This document shows positions 35,067-46,536 of a stretch of DNA of 64,000 bases, one piece after another. This DNA is from Methylococcales bacterium (GTDB lineage Bacteria; Pseudomonadota; Gammaproteobacteria; Methylococcales; Methylomonadaceae). A program made the position numbers and the translations under genes. The DNA is taken from contig JASMBU010000005.1 of NCBI GenBank assembly GCA_030753675.1, positions 19,339-83,338 on the forward strand, read 5' to 3'. The notes under the pieces are model-generated. The model saw only the letters and a list, made by a program, of their open reading frames with translations, was not told the DNA's origin and did no database searches. Every line of letters starts with the position of its first letter. The first letter of the stretch is position 1.

Positions 35067-36004
35067 TGAGCGAATCTCTGTTGCCAGAAAGTAGCTTATT
35101 AAAGGGGCGTTTGTTACGGGATGAAAAGTTAGCTAAATATACTAGTTGGCATGTTGGAGGGCCTGCTGATCAGTTGTATTTTCCTTTTGATCGCGGAGAT
35201 TTGGTTAAATTTCTCTCGGTGCTTCCCGTTGAAGAATCGGTGTTTTTTATGGGTATGGGCAGTAACCTATTGATCCGTGATGGCGGTATCAGGGGCACTG
35301 TGGTGAATATGCGTGGTCGGTTAAAAGAGATGTTAATTTGTGATGATCAAACGTTGTATGTTGAGGCCGGTGTTCATTGTTCAAAAGTCGCAAGGTTTTG
35401 CCGTAGTCATGGTTTTGTGGGTGCTGAGTTTCTGTCAGGTATCCCTGGTACGATGGGCGGTGCTTTGAAGATGAATGCCGGTGCGTTTGGTTGTGAAACC
35501 TGGGATATTGTTGAGGGGTTAGAAAGTATTAGCGCGCAAGGGGATATTTTTACGCGTAGGGTTGAGGATTATGACATTGGATATCGCTCTGTTACAGGGC
35601 CAGTGGGTGAGTGGTTTGTAGCAGTACGGTTACGGTTAGCAAAAGGCTCTACGCAGGCAAGTTCAAAAAAAACAAAAGCATTGTTAAGTCAACGTTCAGC
35701 TACGCAGCCTCTGACCCAACCATCTTGTGGCTCTGTTTTTAAAAATCCTGATAATGATTATGCCGCTCGATTAATAGAGGCTTGTGGTTTAAAAGGTTAT
35801 ACCGTGGGCGGTGCCAATGTTTCTGAGCAACACGCCAACTTTATTCTTAATCAAAATAACGCCACGGCAAAAGATATTGAGTCATTGATTGAAATCATAC
35901 AGACACAAGTAGAACAAAGAACGGGCGTGGCATTAGCGTGTGAGGTTGAAATTGTCGGTGAACCAGTCAGTGAATCTGCGCATGGAGGTGTCAGTGTGCA
36001 GTAA
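35063..36004 (+). CDS. murB: UDP-N-acetylenolpyruvoylglucosamine reductase
   Basis: FAD-binding region GMGSNLLIRDGG and SCGSVFKNP. Lies inside the dcw cluster between murC and ddl, which is the non-enteric arrangement. Confidence 0.92.
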   Translation: MMSESLLPESSLLKGRLLRDEKLAKYTSWHVGGPADQLYFPFDRGDLVKFLSVLPVEESVFFMGMGSNLLIRDGGIRGTVVNMRGRLKEMLICDDQTLYVEAGVHCSKVARFCRSHGFVGAEFLSGIPGTMGGALKMNAGAFGCETWDIVEGLESISAQGDIFTRRVEDYDIGYRSVTGPVGEWFVAVRLRLAKGSTQASSKKTKALLSQRSATQPLTQPSCGSVFKNPDNDYAARLIEACGLKGYTVGGANVSEQHANFILNQNNATAKDIESLIEIIQTQVEQRTGVALACEVEIVGEPVSESAHGGVSVQ

Positions 36005-36929
36005 GCTTGATGTGGAAAAATGGGGTCATGTTGCTGTGGTTATGGGTGGGCCTTCAGCAGAACGAGATGTGTCATTAAAAAGTGGTCGCGCCGTGTTAAC
36101 AGCATTGTTGGCCCGAGGTGTTAATGCAACGGCTGTTGAAGTTAAAGGCGATTTAGTGAATCCTTTTTTAGCCGGTTCTTTTGATCGTGTGGTTAATGTC
36201 ATTCATGGTCGAGGTGGGGAAGATGGTGTTATTCAAGGGGTATTAGAAAGTCTGAATATTCCTTACAGTGGCAGTGGGGTTTTGGCATCAGCTATTTGTA
36301 TGGACAAATTGAGAACAAAATGGTGTCTCAAAGGTGCAGGGTTAACGACGCCTCAGTGGTATACGTTGACCAGTAAGCAAGATTTTGAAACTTGTGTTGA
36401 GCAACTGGGCTTCCCAATGATTATAAAGCCGGTAAGGGAAGGGTCTAGTATAGGGATGAGCCGTGTAAATAACGTAGCGGAATTAGGTGCGGGATATAGA
36501 TTAGCGAGCGAATTTGATTCCTCTGTTTATGCAGAGGCATGGGTAGACGGCGAGGAATATTCCGTTGGATTAATAGCTGGTCAAGTGTTGCCGGTTATCC
36601 GTGTAAAGACACCGAACAGTTTTTATGATTATGAGGCCAAATATCTTTCAAATTCGACGGAATACTTTTGTCCGAGTGGGTTGACAAAAGTTAAAGAAGA
36701 AAGGCTTATGAAACTCGCAGAAAAAGCCTTTGAAGTCGTGGGGGTGACTGGGTGGGGACGTGTCGATTTGTTTATTGATCATGATGACCAAGACCAGTTA
36801 ATTGAGATTAATACCGTGCCAGGAATGACGGATCATAGTCTATTGCCCATGGCCGCAAAAGTAGCAGGGATTGATTTTGACGAATTGGTTATGCGTATTT
36901 TGGAAAGTAGCATCGACGTGGACAGTTGA
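35982..36929 (+). CDS. ddl: D-alanine--D-alanine ligase
   Basis: VAVVMGGPSAERDVSLKSG, ATP-grasp core, and EINTVPGMT. The start is uncertain (ATG 35982 or GTG 35994) and both overlap the murB 3' end. The track start at 35940 seems too early. Confidence 0.9.
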   Translation: MEVSVCSKLDVEKWGHVAVVMGGPSAERDVSLKSGRAVLTALLARGVNATAVEVKGDLVNPFLAGSFDRVVNVIHGRGGEDGVIQGVLESLNIPYSGSGVLASAICMDKLRTKWCLKGAGLTTPQWYTLTSKQDFETCVEQLGFPMIIKPVREGSSIGMSRVNNVAELGAGYRLASEFDSSVYAEAWVDGEEYSVGLIAGQVLPVIRVKTPNSFYDYEAKYLSNSTEYFCPSGLTKVKEERLMKLAEKAFEVVGVTGWGRVDLFIDHDDQDQLIEINTVPGMTDHSLLPMAAKVAGIDFDELVMRILESSIDVDS

Positions 36930-36932
36930 ACA

Positions 36933-37625
36933 ATGAATAAGGTGGCTAAAATAATAATCTTCATGATGCTTTTATTAGGTGTTGTTGTAGGCACGTATTA
37001 TGAAGATATTAAGATTGGCATAGTGGATTCCTTCCCTATTCGGTATGTCAGGGTTACAGGGACTTTTCAATATTTGCTCAAGAGTGATGTTAAAAAAGTG
37101 ACTGGGGTAGCGGTACAAGAAAGTTTTTTGACAGTGGATATAGTCGCTATTCGTAAAGCAGTAGAAGGCCTTCCTTGGGTCGATAGCGCCACAGTGTCAA
37201 GGGTGTGGCCAGACATTGTTGATATTCATGTTGTTGAGCAATCAGCAGTTGCCTATTGGGGGCATGATGAATTACTCAATAATCGCGGAGAATTATTTAA
37301 GCCAACGACTCTGGTAGGTATGAACGAGTTACCAGTTTTAATCGGTCCTATAGAGGGGCACTTCAGAGTATTTGATTTGTTTGGCCAAGTGCAAATGAAT
37401 GTTGAGAAGACAGATTTAGCGTTAACTACTTTGGTGATTTCACCACATTATGCGGTTAGTGCAGTCTTTGAAAATGGATTGAAGGTTCAGTTAGGAAGTG
37501 AGAAACCTATCGAACGCTTAAGTCGTTTTATAGGGGTCTATGATCGTATGAAAAGTAATGCAAATGGTTTGATGCAGCGGGTAGATATGAGATACCACAA
37601 CGGTTTTTCAGTAGCATGGAAGTAG
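36933..37625 (+). CDS. ftsQ: Cell division protein FtsQ
   Basis: 230-aa bitopic protein with an N-terminal TM segment and a POTRA-like region (IRYVRVTG...). Sits between ddl and ftsA. Confidence 0.85.
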   Translation: MNKVAKIIIFMMLLLGVVVGTYYEDIKIGIVDSFPIRYVRVTGTFQYLLKSDVKKVTGVAVQESFLTVDIVAIRKAVEGLPWVDSATVSRVWPDIVDIHVVEQSAVAYWGHDELLNNRGELFKPTTLVGMNELPVLIGPIEGHFRVFDLFGQVQMNVEKTDLALTTLVISPHYAVSAVFENGLKVQLGSEKPIERLSRFIGVYDRMKSNANGLMQRVDMRYHNGFSVAWK

Positions 37626-37699
37626 TAGGTTTTAAAAGAAGTCTAGAGGTTTTAGGCCGAATGGCCTTTCACAATTGAAGATAATTTGAGAGAAAGCAG

Positions 37700-38932
37700 A
37701 TGGCAAAAAAAACAGATCGTAATCTAATAGTCGGTTTGGATATCGGAACATCGAAAGTGGCTGCAATAGTAAGTGAATTAAAGCCAGACGGAGAGATAGA
37801 AATTATTGGCATAGGGTCAAGTCCATCGCGAGGGTTAAAGAAGGGCGTGGTCATTAATTTAGAATCTACCGTTCAGGCCATTCAGAGTGCTATAGAAGAA
37901 GCCGAATTAATGGCAGGGTGTGAAATTAATTCAGTGTTTGCCGGTATAGCAGGGAGTCATATTAGAAGTCTGAACTCCCACGGGATTGTTGCCATAAAAG
38001 ATAAAGAAGTGAGCCAGTTTGATATTAACCGTGTGATTGATTCAGCGCGTGCAGTTGCTATTCCAGCAGATCAGAAAATTTTGCATATATTGCCGCAAGA
38101 ATTTGTGATTGATTTGCAGGACGGTATCAAAGAGCCGATCGGGATGTCTGGTATTCGGTTAGAAGCAAAAGTACATATGGTCACCGGCAGTGTGAGTGCT
38201 GCGCAGAATATTATTAAGTGTATTAGGCGCTGTAACCTTGAAGTGAGCGATATTGTTTTAGAGCAATTGGCATCTTGCACGGCAGTCTTAACCGAGGATG
38301 AAAAAGATTTAGGCGTTTGTTTAATTGATATTGGTGGTGGGACAACGGATATTGCAGTGTTTACCGAGGGTGCAATTAAACATACATCGGTGATACCTAT
38401 TGCGGGTGATCAGGTGACGAATGATATCGCTGTCGCATTAAGGACTCCAACGAAACATGCGGAACAAATTAAGGTTCATCATGCCTGTGCACTCTCACAA
38501 TTGGCTGATGAAGATGAAATGATCGCGGTTCCAAGTATTGGTGATAGGGAGCCGCGAACCATCATGAAACAAAATCTAACTGAAATTATAGCGCCGCGCT
38601 ATGAGGAGTTATTGTTTTTGGTCCAGGCAGAATTGAGACGTAGTGGGTATGAAGATTTAATTTCAGCAGGGGTTGTGATCACAGGGGGTAGTTCGAAAGC
38701 ATTCGGTTTGGTTGAGTTAGCGGAAGAAATATTTCATATGCCCGTTCGATTAGGGAGCCCGCATGATGTGAGTGGATTAACTGATATTGTCAGTAACCCT
38801 GCTTATTCGACAGGGGTTGGCTTGATACTGTATGGAAAAGAATATCAGCAAGGATATGACCTAGAGGCACAAAATAATACGAATGAAGGAATGTTTGAGA
38901 GAATGAAAGGTTGGTTTAGTGGTGGATATTAA
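37700..38932 (+). CDS. ftsA: Cell division protein FtsA
   Basis: Actin-fold motifs VGLDIGTSKV and IDIGGGTTDIAVF, plus a C-terminal amphipathic tail MFERMKGWFSG. Confidence 0.96.
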   Translation: MAKKTDRNLIVGLDIGTSKVAAIVSELKPDGEIEIIGIGSSPSRGLKKGVVINLESTVQAIQSAIEEAELMAGCEINSVFAGIAGSHIRSLNSHGIVAIKDKEVSQFDINRVIDSARAVAIPADQKILHILPQEFVIDLQDGIKEPIGMSGIRLEAKVHMVTGSVSAAQNIIKCIRRCNLEVSDIVLEQLASCTAVLTEDEKDLGVCLIDIGGGTTDIAVFTEGAIKHTSVIPIAGDQVTNDIAVALRTPTKHAEQIKVHHACALSQLADEDEMIAVPSIGDREPRTIMKQNLTEIIAPRYEELLFLVQAELRRSGYEDLISAGVVITGGSSKAFGLVELAEEIFHMPVRLGSPHDVSGLTDIVSNPAYSTGVGLILYGKEYQQGYDLEAQNNTNEGMFERMKGWFSGGY

Positions 38933-38953
38933 AAATTTAAAAAGGAGATCTAA

Positions 38954-40111
38954 ATGAAATTTGAATTAGAAGATATGTTTGAAAGAGAAGCCATTATTAA
39001 AGTCATTGGTGTTGGTGGTGGCGGTGGTAACGCAGTAGATCATATGATAAATACCGGTATTAGTGGTGTTGATTTTATTGGTGCGAATACAGATGCTCAG
39101 GCACTAAGGCGATTAAGTGTGGATACCTTAATTCAATTAGGATCAGAATTAACGCAAGGTCTAGGCGCAGGAACAAACCCAGATATTGGCAAGCAAGCAG
39201 CGCAAGAAGATCGTTCGCGTATTGAAGAAGAAATTGACGGTGCGGACATGGTTTTTCTAACAGCAGGAATGGGGGGCGGGACCGGAACAGGTGCAATACC
39301 CGTGATTGCAGAAGCGGCAAAAGATAAAGGTATTTTGACAGTGGCCGTAGTGACTAAGCCTTTTAAGTTTGAAGGTGCGAAAAAAATGAAAGCCGCAGAA
39401 GAGGGCATTGTGGAGTTAGAAAAGTATGTTGACTCACTTATTATCATTCCTAATCAGAAATTATTGCCCGTATTAGGGAATAACGTTTCATTGATTGATG
39501 CTTTTAATGCAGCAAATGACGTATTGAGGGAAGCCGTTCAAGGTATTACAGAGCTTATTGTTAATCCAGGTCTGATTAATGTTGATTTTGCTGATGTAAA
39601 AACCATTATGTCTGAAATGGGTGTGGCGATTATGGGTACAGGCATTGCAAAAGGTGATAATCGAGCAAGAGAGGCTGCAGAGAAAGCGGTAGCGTGTCCT
39701 TTATTAGATGATGTGAATCTATTTGGCGCAAAAGGGATTTTGGTTAACATTACAGCGACAGCAGAATTGGGTATTGCTGAATTCAATGAGGTGGGTGAGA
39801 TTGTTCATGAATTTGCTTCGGAGGATGCGGTTATTAAGATGGGTACCGCTATTGATACAGAATTAGGTGATGAAATAAAGGTGACAGTCGTTGCAACAGG
39901 TATGGGAGGAGCACCCCATCGTCAGACGGTTTCATCTATCAGTAGTCGAGAAAGTGTTGCTAAGAAGGCTGTTGATTATGGAGTGTTTGAGAAGCCTACA
40001 GCAGTGCGACAACGTGAAGGGAGTGAAGCACGTTACGGTGCACAGGCAAAGAAAGCAGAAAACATGGATTACTTGGATATTCCGGCTTTTTTAAGACGGC
40101 AGGCCGATTAA
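38954..40111 (+). CDS. ftsZ: Cell division protein FtsZ
   Basis: Tubulin signature GMGGGTGTGAIPVIAE, NTDAQAL, and the C-terminal conserved peptide DYLDIPAFLRRQAD. Confidence 0.98.
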   Translation: MKFELEDMFEREAIIKVIGVGGGGGNAVDHMINTGISGVDFIGANTDAQALRRLSVDTLIQLGSELTQGLGAGTNPDIGKQAAQEDRSRIEEEIDGADMVFLTAGMGGGTGTGAIPVIAEAAKDKGILTVAVVTKPFKFEGAKKMKAAEEGIVELEKYVDSLIIIPNQKLLPVLGNNVSLIDAFNAANDVLREAVQGITELIVNPGLINVDFADVKTIMSEMGVAIMGTGIAKGDNRAREAAEKAVACPLLDDVNLFGAKGILVNITATAELGIAEFNEVGEIVHEFASEDAVIKMGTAIDTELGDEIKVTVVATGMGGAPHRQTVSSISSRESVAKKAVDYGVFEKPTAVRQREGSEARYGAQAKKAENMDYLDIPAFLRRQAD

Positions 40112-40263
40112 GGTTATAGCGGAAAGGAGGTAGAAGTTTGCAATAAAGAGGTTTAAACAGGAGGTTTGAGTTAAGGTGTGTTTTGAAAGAATGATGGGTG
40201 TTTCTGTTACAAGGTTTTCTTGTGGTAGAATGAGCACTTTTATTTAACAGTAGCTTAAAGTCT

Positions 40264-41172
40264 ATGTTGAAACAGAGGACGCTTAAAAATATTATTCGAG
40301 CGACAGGGGTGGGTTTACATACTGGAGAGAATGTTTATTTAACGCTGCACCCCGCAGAGCCTGATACAGGTATTCGTTTTAGACGTAGCGATATCGGAGC
40401 GTTTGCGGTTGTTGATGCGAAACCTGATAATGTGGGTGATACGACCATGTCAACGACACTGATACAAAATGGCATACGGGTATCGACCGTGGAACATTTG
40501 ATGTCGGCATTTTCAGGGTTAGGTATTGATAATGCTCTAGTAGATGTGAGTGCTGCAGAAATACCCATAATGGATGGAAGCGCAGGTCCTTTTGTTTTTT
40601 TATTACAATCTGCAGGTATAGAAGAGCAGGACGCTTGGCGTAAATACATGAGAGTTAACAAGCCTATTAAAGTGGTTGATGGTGATAAATGGGCTTCTTT
40701 TGAACCGTATGACGGCTTTAGGGTCGGTTTTACGATCGATTTTAAACATCCTGCTTTTAAATCGAATGTTAAAACTGCAGTCATGGACTTTTCTACCACC
40801 AGTTTTATTAAAGAAGTGAGCCGTGCTCGTACCTTTGGCTTTATGAAGGATATTGAATTACTTCAGAAAAATAATTTGGCATTAGGTGGTAGTTTGGATA
40901 ATGCGATTGTTGTTGATGATCTAAAAATTTTGAATGAAGATGGTTTGCGTTATGCAGATGAATTTGTAAAGCATAAAATGTTAGACGCAATCGGTGATCT
41001 TTATTTATTAGGACATAATCTGTTGGGTGAGTTTAACGGCTATAAATCCGGACACAGTTTAAATAATCAACTTTTGCGGGCATTGGTTAAAGACACAGAT
41101 GCTTGGGAAATGGTGTCTTTTAAAGATACTAATGAACTTCCAAAAGCATTCGTGCACTCGTATATTTCTTAA
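40264..41172 (+). CDS. lpxC: UDP-3-O-acyl-N-acetylglucosamine deacetylase
   Basis: [32 protein letters not shown], and [14 protein letters not shown]. Confidence 0.96.
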   Translation: MLKQRTLKNIIRATGVGLHTGENVYLTLHPAEPDTGIRFRRSDIGAFAVVDAKPDNVGDTTMSTTLIQNGIRVSTVEHLMSAFSGLGIDNALVDVSAAEIPIMDGSAGPFVFLLQSAGIEEQDAWRKYMRVNKPIKVVDGDKWASFEPYDGFRVGFTIDFKHPAFKSNVKTAVMDFSTTSFIKEVSRARTFGFMKDIELLQKNNLALGGSLDNAIVVDDLKILNEDGLRYADEFVKHKMLDAIGDLYLLGHNLLGEFNGYKSGHSLNNQLLRALVKDTDAWEMVSFKDTNELPKAFVHSYIS

Positions 41173-41627
41173 GATATTTTGTTCTTAAGTGTCTTATGTA
41201 GTTGTAATAGGGCAGTGCTGATTTCGCTGTCGGTTGTATGGGCAATGGCATTACTGTGAATCATATTAAGTGATGCGTCAGACAGTTTTTTTGCATATCT
41301 TTTATGCGGTTCAGGCGTTAACGTTTCAGGAAGCACTCTAATTTTAGTTTCAGTGACATCGTTTTTTCCATGGGCATGTAATGCTGCCAGTATGGGTTGG
41401 TTTAGAAAACGTAATTGGCTAGCCCATGTGGCTGATGTCGTATAAATAATAATAGTTTTATCTTTCTTGATGCAACTGGTTATATGCGGGCTGAAGTGAT
41501 CAGGCAAATATTGGCAGATTACTTCTCGCAGTAATTTTTGTTGAGTAATGATTCTTGTAAAGTGACTTGTTGTCTTGCCGCCCAAGGATAAGGCCGATTT
41601 AAAGTGACTCTTTCGTTTACTACGCAT
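41169..41627 (-). CDS. DUF721 / DciA-like protein
   Basis: 152 aa. The core ...[29 protein letters not shown]... fits the DUF721 pattern (L.v.v.s.awa.eLr). Convergent with lpxC and divergent from secA. Call is by pattern memory only. Confidence 0.55.
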   Translation of the reverse strand: MRSKRKSHFKSALSLGGKTTSHFTRIITQQKLLREVICQYLPDHFSPHITSCIKKDKTIIIYTTSATWASQLRFLNQPILAALHAHGKNDVTETKIRVLPETLTPEPHKRYAKKLSDASLNMIHSNAIAHTTDSEISTALLQLHKTLKNKIS

Positions 41628-41883
41628 TTAGCCAGTTGTCTCTAGGGTGTGGTTGAGCTTTTTTGGGGTATAGTCAGAGGTGAGTGTAGTTTATTATAAC
41701 GGTTACGTGCTTTCAATACGGGAAAACCAAGAAAGTAGTTAAAAGATACCTAAAGTATTGAGTTATTAGACTGTTTTGAGTGCTTTACTGGGGATGAGGT
41801 CATGATGGGTCTGTTAACGAAGGTTGATAAGGTTTATAATCATCGGGTTTTATTACAAATTTAAATTTATTGGAAAGTTAGCC

Positions 41884-44625
41884 ATGTTGGTCAAGAAGTT
41901 ATTTGGTAGTCGGAACGACAGACTTATTAAGAAAAAAAATAAGTTAGTTAAAAGCATTAATTTATTAGAGGCAGAATTTGAGGCTTTGAGTGATGAGGCT
42001 TTACAAGCCAAGACGGCTGAGTTTCGAGATCGCTTAGCGTCAGGTACGGTGCTTGAAGATTTAATCCCTGAGGCTTTTGCAACGGTGCGTGAGGCTTCTG
42101 TGCGTGTGTTGGGTATGCGTCATTTTGATGAGCAGCTTATTGGCGGAATGGTCTTAAATGACGGCAAGATTTCAGAGATGAAGACAGGGGAAGGTAAAAC
42201 CCTTGTGGCAACTTTGTCAGCTTACCTTAATGCGTTGCCGGGTAAAGGTGTTCATGTTGTGACCGTGAATGATTATCTAGCTAAGCGGGATAGTGCTTGG
42301 ATGGGCCAGATTTATACTTTTTTAGGTATGACAACAGGGGTTATTGTTAGTGAAATAGCCAGTGTAGAGCGGCGTGAAGCTTATGAATCCGATATTACAT
42401 ATGGCACTAATAATGAGTTTGGGTTTGATTATCTAAGAGATAATATGGCGTATAACCTCGATAGCAAAGTGCAACGAGGGTTGTATTATGCGGTTATCGA
42501 TGAAGTCGATTCAATTTTAATTGATGAGGCTAGAACACCGCTAGTTATATCGGGCCCAACCGAAGAAAGTACTGAAATGTTTGTTAAGGTTAATCAGATT
42601 TTTCCTGGTTTGACCAAACAAGAAAAAGAAGGCGAGGCAGGTGATTATTCTGTCGATGAAAAGATGCGAACGGTGCATTTGACCGAAGCAGGTCATGCAC
42701 GTGTTGAGCAGGTAATGGCTGAACACGGTTATATTTCCGAAGGCGGAAGTTTGTATGATGCGGTAAATATCAGATTGATGCATTTTTTGTCGGCATCCTT
42801 ACGCGCTCATGTGCTCTATCATCGTGATGTTGATTACATCGTGAAAAGTAATGAAGTGTTGATCGTAGATGAATTTACCGGTCGTATTATGTCTGGGCGT
42901 CGTTGGGGTGATGGTTTGCACCAAGCGATTGAGGCAAAAGAACAAGTTAAAGTTCAAGAAGATAATCAAACACTGGCTTCAATAACTTTTCAGAATTACT
43001 TTCGGTTATATCATAAGTTGTCGGGCATGACCGGTACAGCTGATACTGAAGCCATTGAATTGCAAAAGATTTATGGTTTGGAAGTGGTCGTAATTCCGAC
43101 CCATAGACCGATGGTTAGAGATGATCGCGGTGATCATATTTATATGACAGTGGGTGAGAAATATCATGCAATTATTGAGGATATCAAAGGGTGTTCAAAG
43201 CGTGGGCAGCCAGTTCTTGTCGGAACGACATCAATTGAGAATTCTGAATTAATTTCCCGAGAGCTAACAAAAAATAATATTACGCATGAAATTTTAAATG
43301 CTAAACAGCATGAGCGTGAGGCACATATTATTGAACAAGCAGGTACAACGGGAGCAGTGACTATTGCCACTAATATGGCGGGTCGAGGTACTGATATCGT
43401 TTTGGGTGGTAATCTTGACGTGGCTATAAAGTTATTGGGTGAAAATCCAAGTGAATCGGCACTAGAAAAAGTGAAAGAAGATTGGCGTTTACACCATGAA
43501 AAAGTCTTGGCCAGTGGTGGTTTGCATGTCATTGGCTCTGAACGACATGAATCAAGACGTATTGATAATCAATTGCGAGGACGTTCAGGGCGTCAGGGAG
43601 ACCCAGGGTCATCGCATTTTTATTTATCTCTTGAAGATGATCTGATGCGTATTTTTGCTTCTGAGAAAGTTGCCAGTATGATGCAGAAGTTAGGTATGGT
43701 TGAAGGTGAAGCAATTGAGCATCCCTGGGTAACGCGAGCCATTGAGAATGCTCAGAAAAAGGTTGAAGGGCGCAATTATGATATCCGGAAACAGATTCTG
43801 GATTACGATGATGTTGCCAATGATCAGCGTAAAGTTATTTATGGGCAGCGTAATGAATTAATGGAAGCTAAAGATATCAGTGATATTGTTGGTGCCTTTC
43901 GTGATGATGTTGTCACTAGTGTGGTTACGCAGTATATTCCAGAACAAACTATGGAAGATCAATGGGATGTTGCTGGATTAGAGGGGCACTTACAGCAAGA
44001 GTTTGAGCTGACTATTCCGTGGCAGGCGATGTTGGAGAAAGATGATTCGTTACAGAGAGAAGATGTTATTCGGCTGACACAAGAAAAATTGGTTGAGAAT
44101 TGGGTTCAAAAAGAATCCAATATTTCTTCTGATGTGATGCGGAATTTTGAGAAGTCTGTAGTTTTACAGGTTCTTGATAGTACATGGAAAGAGCATTTGG
44201 GTGCTATGGATCATTTACGGGCGGGAATCCATTTAAGGGGTTATGCACAGCGTGATCCTAAGCAGGAGTATAAGCGTGAATCATTTGAAATGTTTGTTAG
44301 TATGTTGGACTTTGTTAAATATGAAGTTGTAGGCCTTTTGTCTAAGGTACAAGTGAATGTTGAAGAAGATCTACAGGTTTTTGACGAACAGCGCCAAGAA
44401 CCGCAAGAGATGAATTTTGAGCATGCTGATGCCGAATCATCGTTGTCTGAAAGTGTTGATCCAACAGCTTTGGAGGCTGGTATTATGCCGCCGCCTCAGG
44501 CTCAGGGTGTTGAAGAGGATGCCGAAAAACCTTTTGTTCGTGATGGAAGAAAAGTGGGGCGTAATGATCCTTGCCCTTGTGGTTCAGGTAAGAAGTTTAA
44601 GCAATGTCACGGTAAGTTAACGTAA
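41884..44625 (+). CDS. secA: Preprotein translocase ATPase SecA
   Basis: [14 protein letters not shown]-terminus, [32 protein letters not shown], and the C-terminal zinc motif [14 protein letters not shown]. The track start at 41824 is a spurious upstream extension. Confidence 0.97.
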   Translation: MLVKKLFGSRNDRLIKKKNKLVKSINLLEAEFEALSDEALQAKTAEFRDRLASGTVLEDLIPEAFATVREASVRVLGMRHFDEQLIGGMVLNDGKISEMKTGEGKTLVATLSAYLNALPGKGVHVVTVNDYLAKRDSAWMGQIYTFLGMTTGVIVSEIASVERREAYESDITYGTNNEFGFDYLRDNMAYNLDSKVQRGLYYAVIDEVDSILIDEARTPLVISGPTEESTEMFVKVNQIFPGLTKQEKEGEAGDYSVDEKMRTVHLTEAGHARVEQVMAEHGYISEGGSLYDAVNIRLMHFLSASLRAHVLYHRDVDYIVKSNEVLIVDEFTGRIMSGRRWGDGLHQAIEAKEQVKVQEDNQTLASITFQNYFRLYHKLSGMTGTADTEAIELQKIYGLEVVVIPTHRPMVRDDRGDHIYMTVGEKYHAIIEDIKGCSKRGQPVLVGTTSIENSELISRELTKNNITHEILNAKQHEREAHIIEQAGTTGAVTIATNMAGRGTDIVLGGNLDVAIKLLGENPSESALEKVKEDWRLHHEKVLASGGLHVIGSERHESRRIDNQLRGRSGRQGDPGSSHFYLSLEDDLMRIFASEKVASMMQKLGMVEGEAIEHPWVTRAIENAQKKVEGRNYDIRKQILDYDDVANDQRKVIYGQRNELMEAKDISDIVGAFRDDVVTSVVTQYIPEQTMEDQWDVAGLEGHLQQEFELTIPWQAMLEKDDSLQREDVIRLTQEKLVENWVQKESNISSDVMRNFEKSVVLQVLDSTWKEHLGAMDHLRAGIHLRGYAQRDPKQEYKRESFEMFVSMLDFVKYEVVGLLSKVQVNVEEDLQVFDEQRQEPQEMNFEHADAESSLSESVDPTALEAGIMPPPQAQGVEEDAEKPFVRDGRKVGRNDPCPCGSGKKFKQCHGKLT

Positions 44626-44659
44626 GTAACAGAAAGAGATCGGGTTTGCTTATAAGATT

Positions 44660-45112
44660 ATGTTTCATATTGTGTTATACGAGCCGGAGATTCCGCCTAA
44701 TACCGGAAATATTATTCGGTTAGCCGCCAACAATGGTTGCCAGTTACATCTTATAAAGCCGTTGGGTTTTAGTTTAGATGAAAAAAAAATGCGTAGAGCT
44801 GGGCTAGACTATCATGAATTCACAGCTTTGGTGTTGTATGAAAGTTACCAAGATTTTTTACAACGTGCAAAACCAGCGCGTTTATTTGCATTGACAACAA
44901 AGGCGACAAAAAATTACGATCAAGAGTGTTATCAGGCAGGCGATTTTTTTCTTTTTGGGCCTGAAACGCGTGGCTTGCCGAAAGACATTCTAAGACAAGA
45001 GTCCGTGTGGTGCTTGAAGATTCCGATGCAGGCTAATAGTCGAAGTCTTAATTTATCAAATTCAGTTGCTATAGTGACTTATGAGGCGTGGCGACAATTG
45101 GCATTTACTTGA
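44660..45112 (+). CDS. trmL: tRNA (cytidine/uridine34-2'-O)-methyltransferase TrmL
   Basis: 150-aa SpoU/TrmH-fold protein. [21 protein letters not shown] and [10 protein letters not shown] match TrmL (YibK). Confidence 0.88.
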   Translation: MFHIVLYEPEIPPNTGNIIRLAANNGCQLHLIKPLGFSLDEKKMRRAGLDYHEFTALVLYESYQDFLQRAKPARLFALTTKATKNYDQECYQAGDFFLFGPETRGLPKDILRQESVWCLKIPMQANSRSLNLSNSVAIVTYEAWRQLAFT

Positions 45113-45113
45113 T

Positions 45114-45404
45114 TTAATTCCAAGAGCGTATACAGTTATTGTCTTCTTGGCAACGGTTGAATTCATCATCATCTAAGACGGTAATACCACTGATTAGTTC
45201 ACTGATTTCGACGCCTTTTGCTTCAATATCTCGGTATAAAACACACAAATTAAATTGTTTAAAGAGGCTTTTTAGCAGGTTGTGATCTGAGTTTGTGTCT
45301 TTAATCGCATCAATTGCATTGGCGGTTAGAATAATGGTGTCGCCGTTAGTTGTGCGCTTAAGTTCGGCACATTGTAGGGGTAAATGGTCCAATATGTGTA
45401 GCAT
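45114..45404 (-). CDS. DsrH/TusB-family sulfur-relay protein (orphan)
   Basis: 96 aa, collinear with TusB/DsrH: MLHIL start, GDTIILTANAIDAI (TusB: GDELLLLQDGV.AA), CVLYRDIEAKGV (TusB: VYALNEDLIARGL), and a C-terminal ...IRSWN (TusB ...QMAW). AAGGAA Shine-Dalgarno upstream. Confidence 0.7.
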   Translation of the reverse strand: MLHILDHLPLQCAELKRTTNGDTIILTANAIDAIKDTNSDHNLLKSLFKQFNLCVLYRDIEAKGVEISELISGITVLDDDEFNRCQEDNNCIRSWN

Positions 45405-45441
45405 GCAATGATTCCTTTTGATCCATCAATAAGTTGCTTTA

Positions 45442-45470
45442 TATATACCTCCTAACTATATAATATGCAA
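45442..45470 (-). promoter_or_regulatory. Candidate sigma70 promoter for the DsrH/TusB-like gene
   Basis: On the minus strand: TTGCAT (45470-45465), 17-nt spacer, TATATA (45447-45442). Located in the 108-bp gap after gpsA. Confidence 0.4.
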
Positions 45471-45512
45471 CATTTTTTTATTATTTATAAAGAATTATTA
45501 ATTTGACTCCTT

Positions 45513-46529
45513 TTACGTGGGAGGAAAGGGTTCTTCATCACGCTGCTCGCGTGCTAAGAGTGTCTTTACAGCATGACTGGGTTCAGTGTTTTGATAGAGA
45601 ATTTGATAGATTTGCTCGGTAATCGGCATATCAACGTTAAGCTGTTTAGACAGGCGGTAAATTTGTTCGGTCGCCGCAATACCTTCAATTTCTTGGTTTA
45701 TTTCGGTGATTAAATCGTGAGGTTTTTTACCTTGGCCGAGGCCAATACCAAAGCGACGATTTCTGGATTGATTATCTGTGCAAGTCAGTATCAGGTCACC
45801 GAGCCCAGCTAGTCCCATGAGGGTTTCTTGTTGACCGCCTAAATGATGATTCAGTCTAATGATTTCAGCTAACCCGCGGGTGATCAGTGCTGATCGTGTG
45901 TTTGCGTTATAACCCAGGCCATCGGCTATTCCGGCAGCAATAGCCAAGACATTTTTAGTGGCACCGCCGATTTGGGTCCCAATAATATCCGTACTGGTGT
46001 AAGTTCTAAAGTGCGCGTTATGGAAAATGCCAGCGAGTTTGGTGGCACAGTCAGGCTGTTCTGAGGCAATGGTAATTGCCGATGGCAATTCATTAGCAAC
46101 TTCCAAGGCAAAAGTAGGACCTGAAAGGATTGCCATCGGTGTTTTTTCACCCAGTTGGGAGATAACGGAATGGTGTAAAAAAGAGCCGTTATCATGGCTC
46201 AGTCCTTTGGTTGCCCAAGCGATAGTCGTATTTGGGTTAAGATGCGTTTTAATATTTATGAGTGTCGTGACAAAGGCGTGGCTTGGAACAGCAAGTAGTA
46301 CAATGTCACTAAATTGTACAGCTGTTTTAAGCGTGTTAGTAACGGTTAAGTTGTCGGGTAATATGATTCCCGGTAAATAACGAGAATTTGTTCGTTCTTG
46401 TCGTAAGGCGCAAACGTGGTCAGCATTATGGCCCCAGAGAATAGTGTCGTGATTATTGCGCGCAGCTTGAATCGCTAAGGCGGTTCCCCATGAGCCAGCG
46501 CCTAAAATACAAATTCGTTGTTTATCCAT
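45513..46529 (-). CDS. gpsA: NAD(P)H-dependent glycerol-3-phosphate dehydrogenase
   Basis: ILGAGSWGTALA Rossmann motif and GATKNVLAIAAGIADG. Lies downstream of secB, as in E. coli. Confidence 0.95.
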   Translation of the reverse strand: MDKQRICILGAGSWGTALAIQAARNNHDTILWGHNADHVCALRQERTNSRYLPGIILPDNLTVTNTLKTAVQFSDIVLLAVPSHAFVTTLINIKTHLNPNTTIAWATKGLSHDNGSFLHHSVISQLGEKTPMAILSGPTFALEVANELPSAITIASEQPDCATKLAGIFHNAHFRTYTSTDIIGTQIGGATKNVLAIAAGIADGLGYNANTRSALITRGLAEIIRLNHHLGGQQETLMGLAGLGDLILTCTDNQSRNRRFGIGLGQGKKPHDLITEINQEIEGIAATEQIYRLSKQLNVDMPITEQIYQILYQNTEPSHAVKTLLAREQRDEEPFPPT

Positions 46530-46536
46530 TCAAGGT

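Noticed and set aside
41802-41864. 20-codon upstream ORF ([20 protein letters not shown]) ending 20 nt before the secA start, considered as a possible SecM-like arrest peptide.
   Set aside because: It is very short, has no signal sequence and no recognisable arrest motif, and the Shine-Dalgarno spacing is poor. It is indistinguishable from a chance ORF without conservation or Ribo-seq data.
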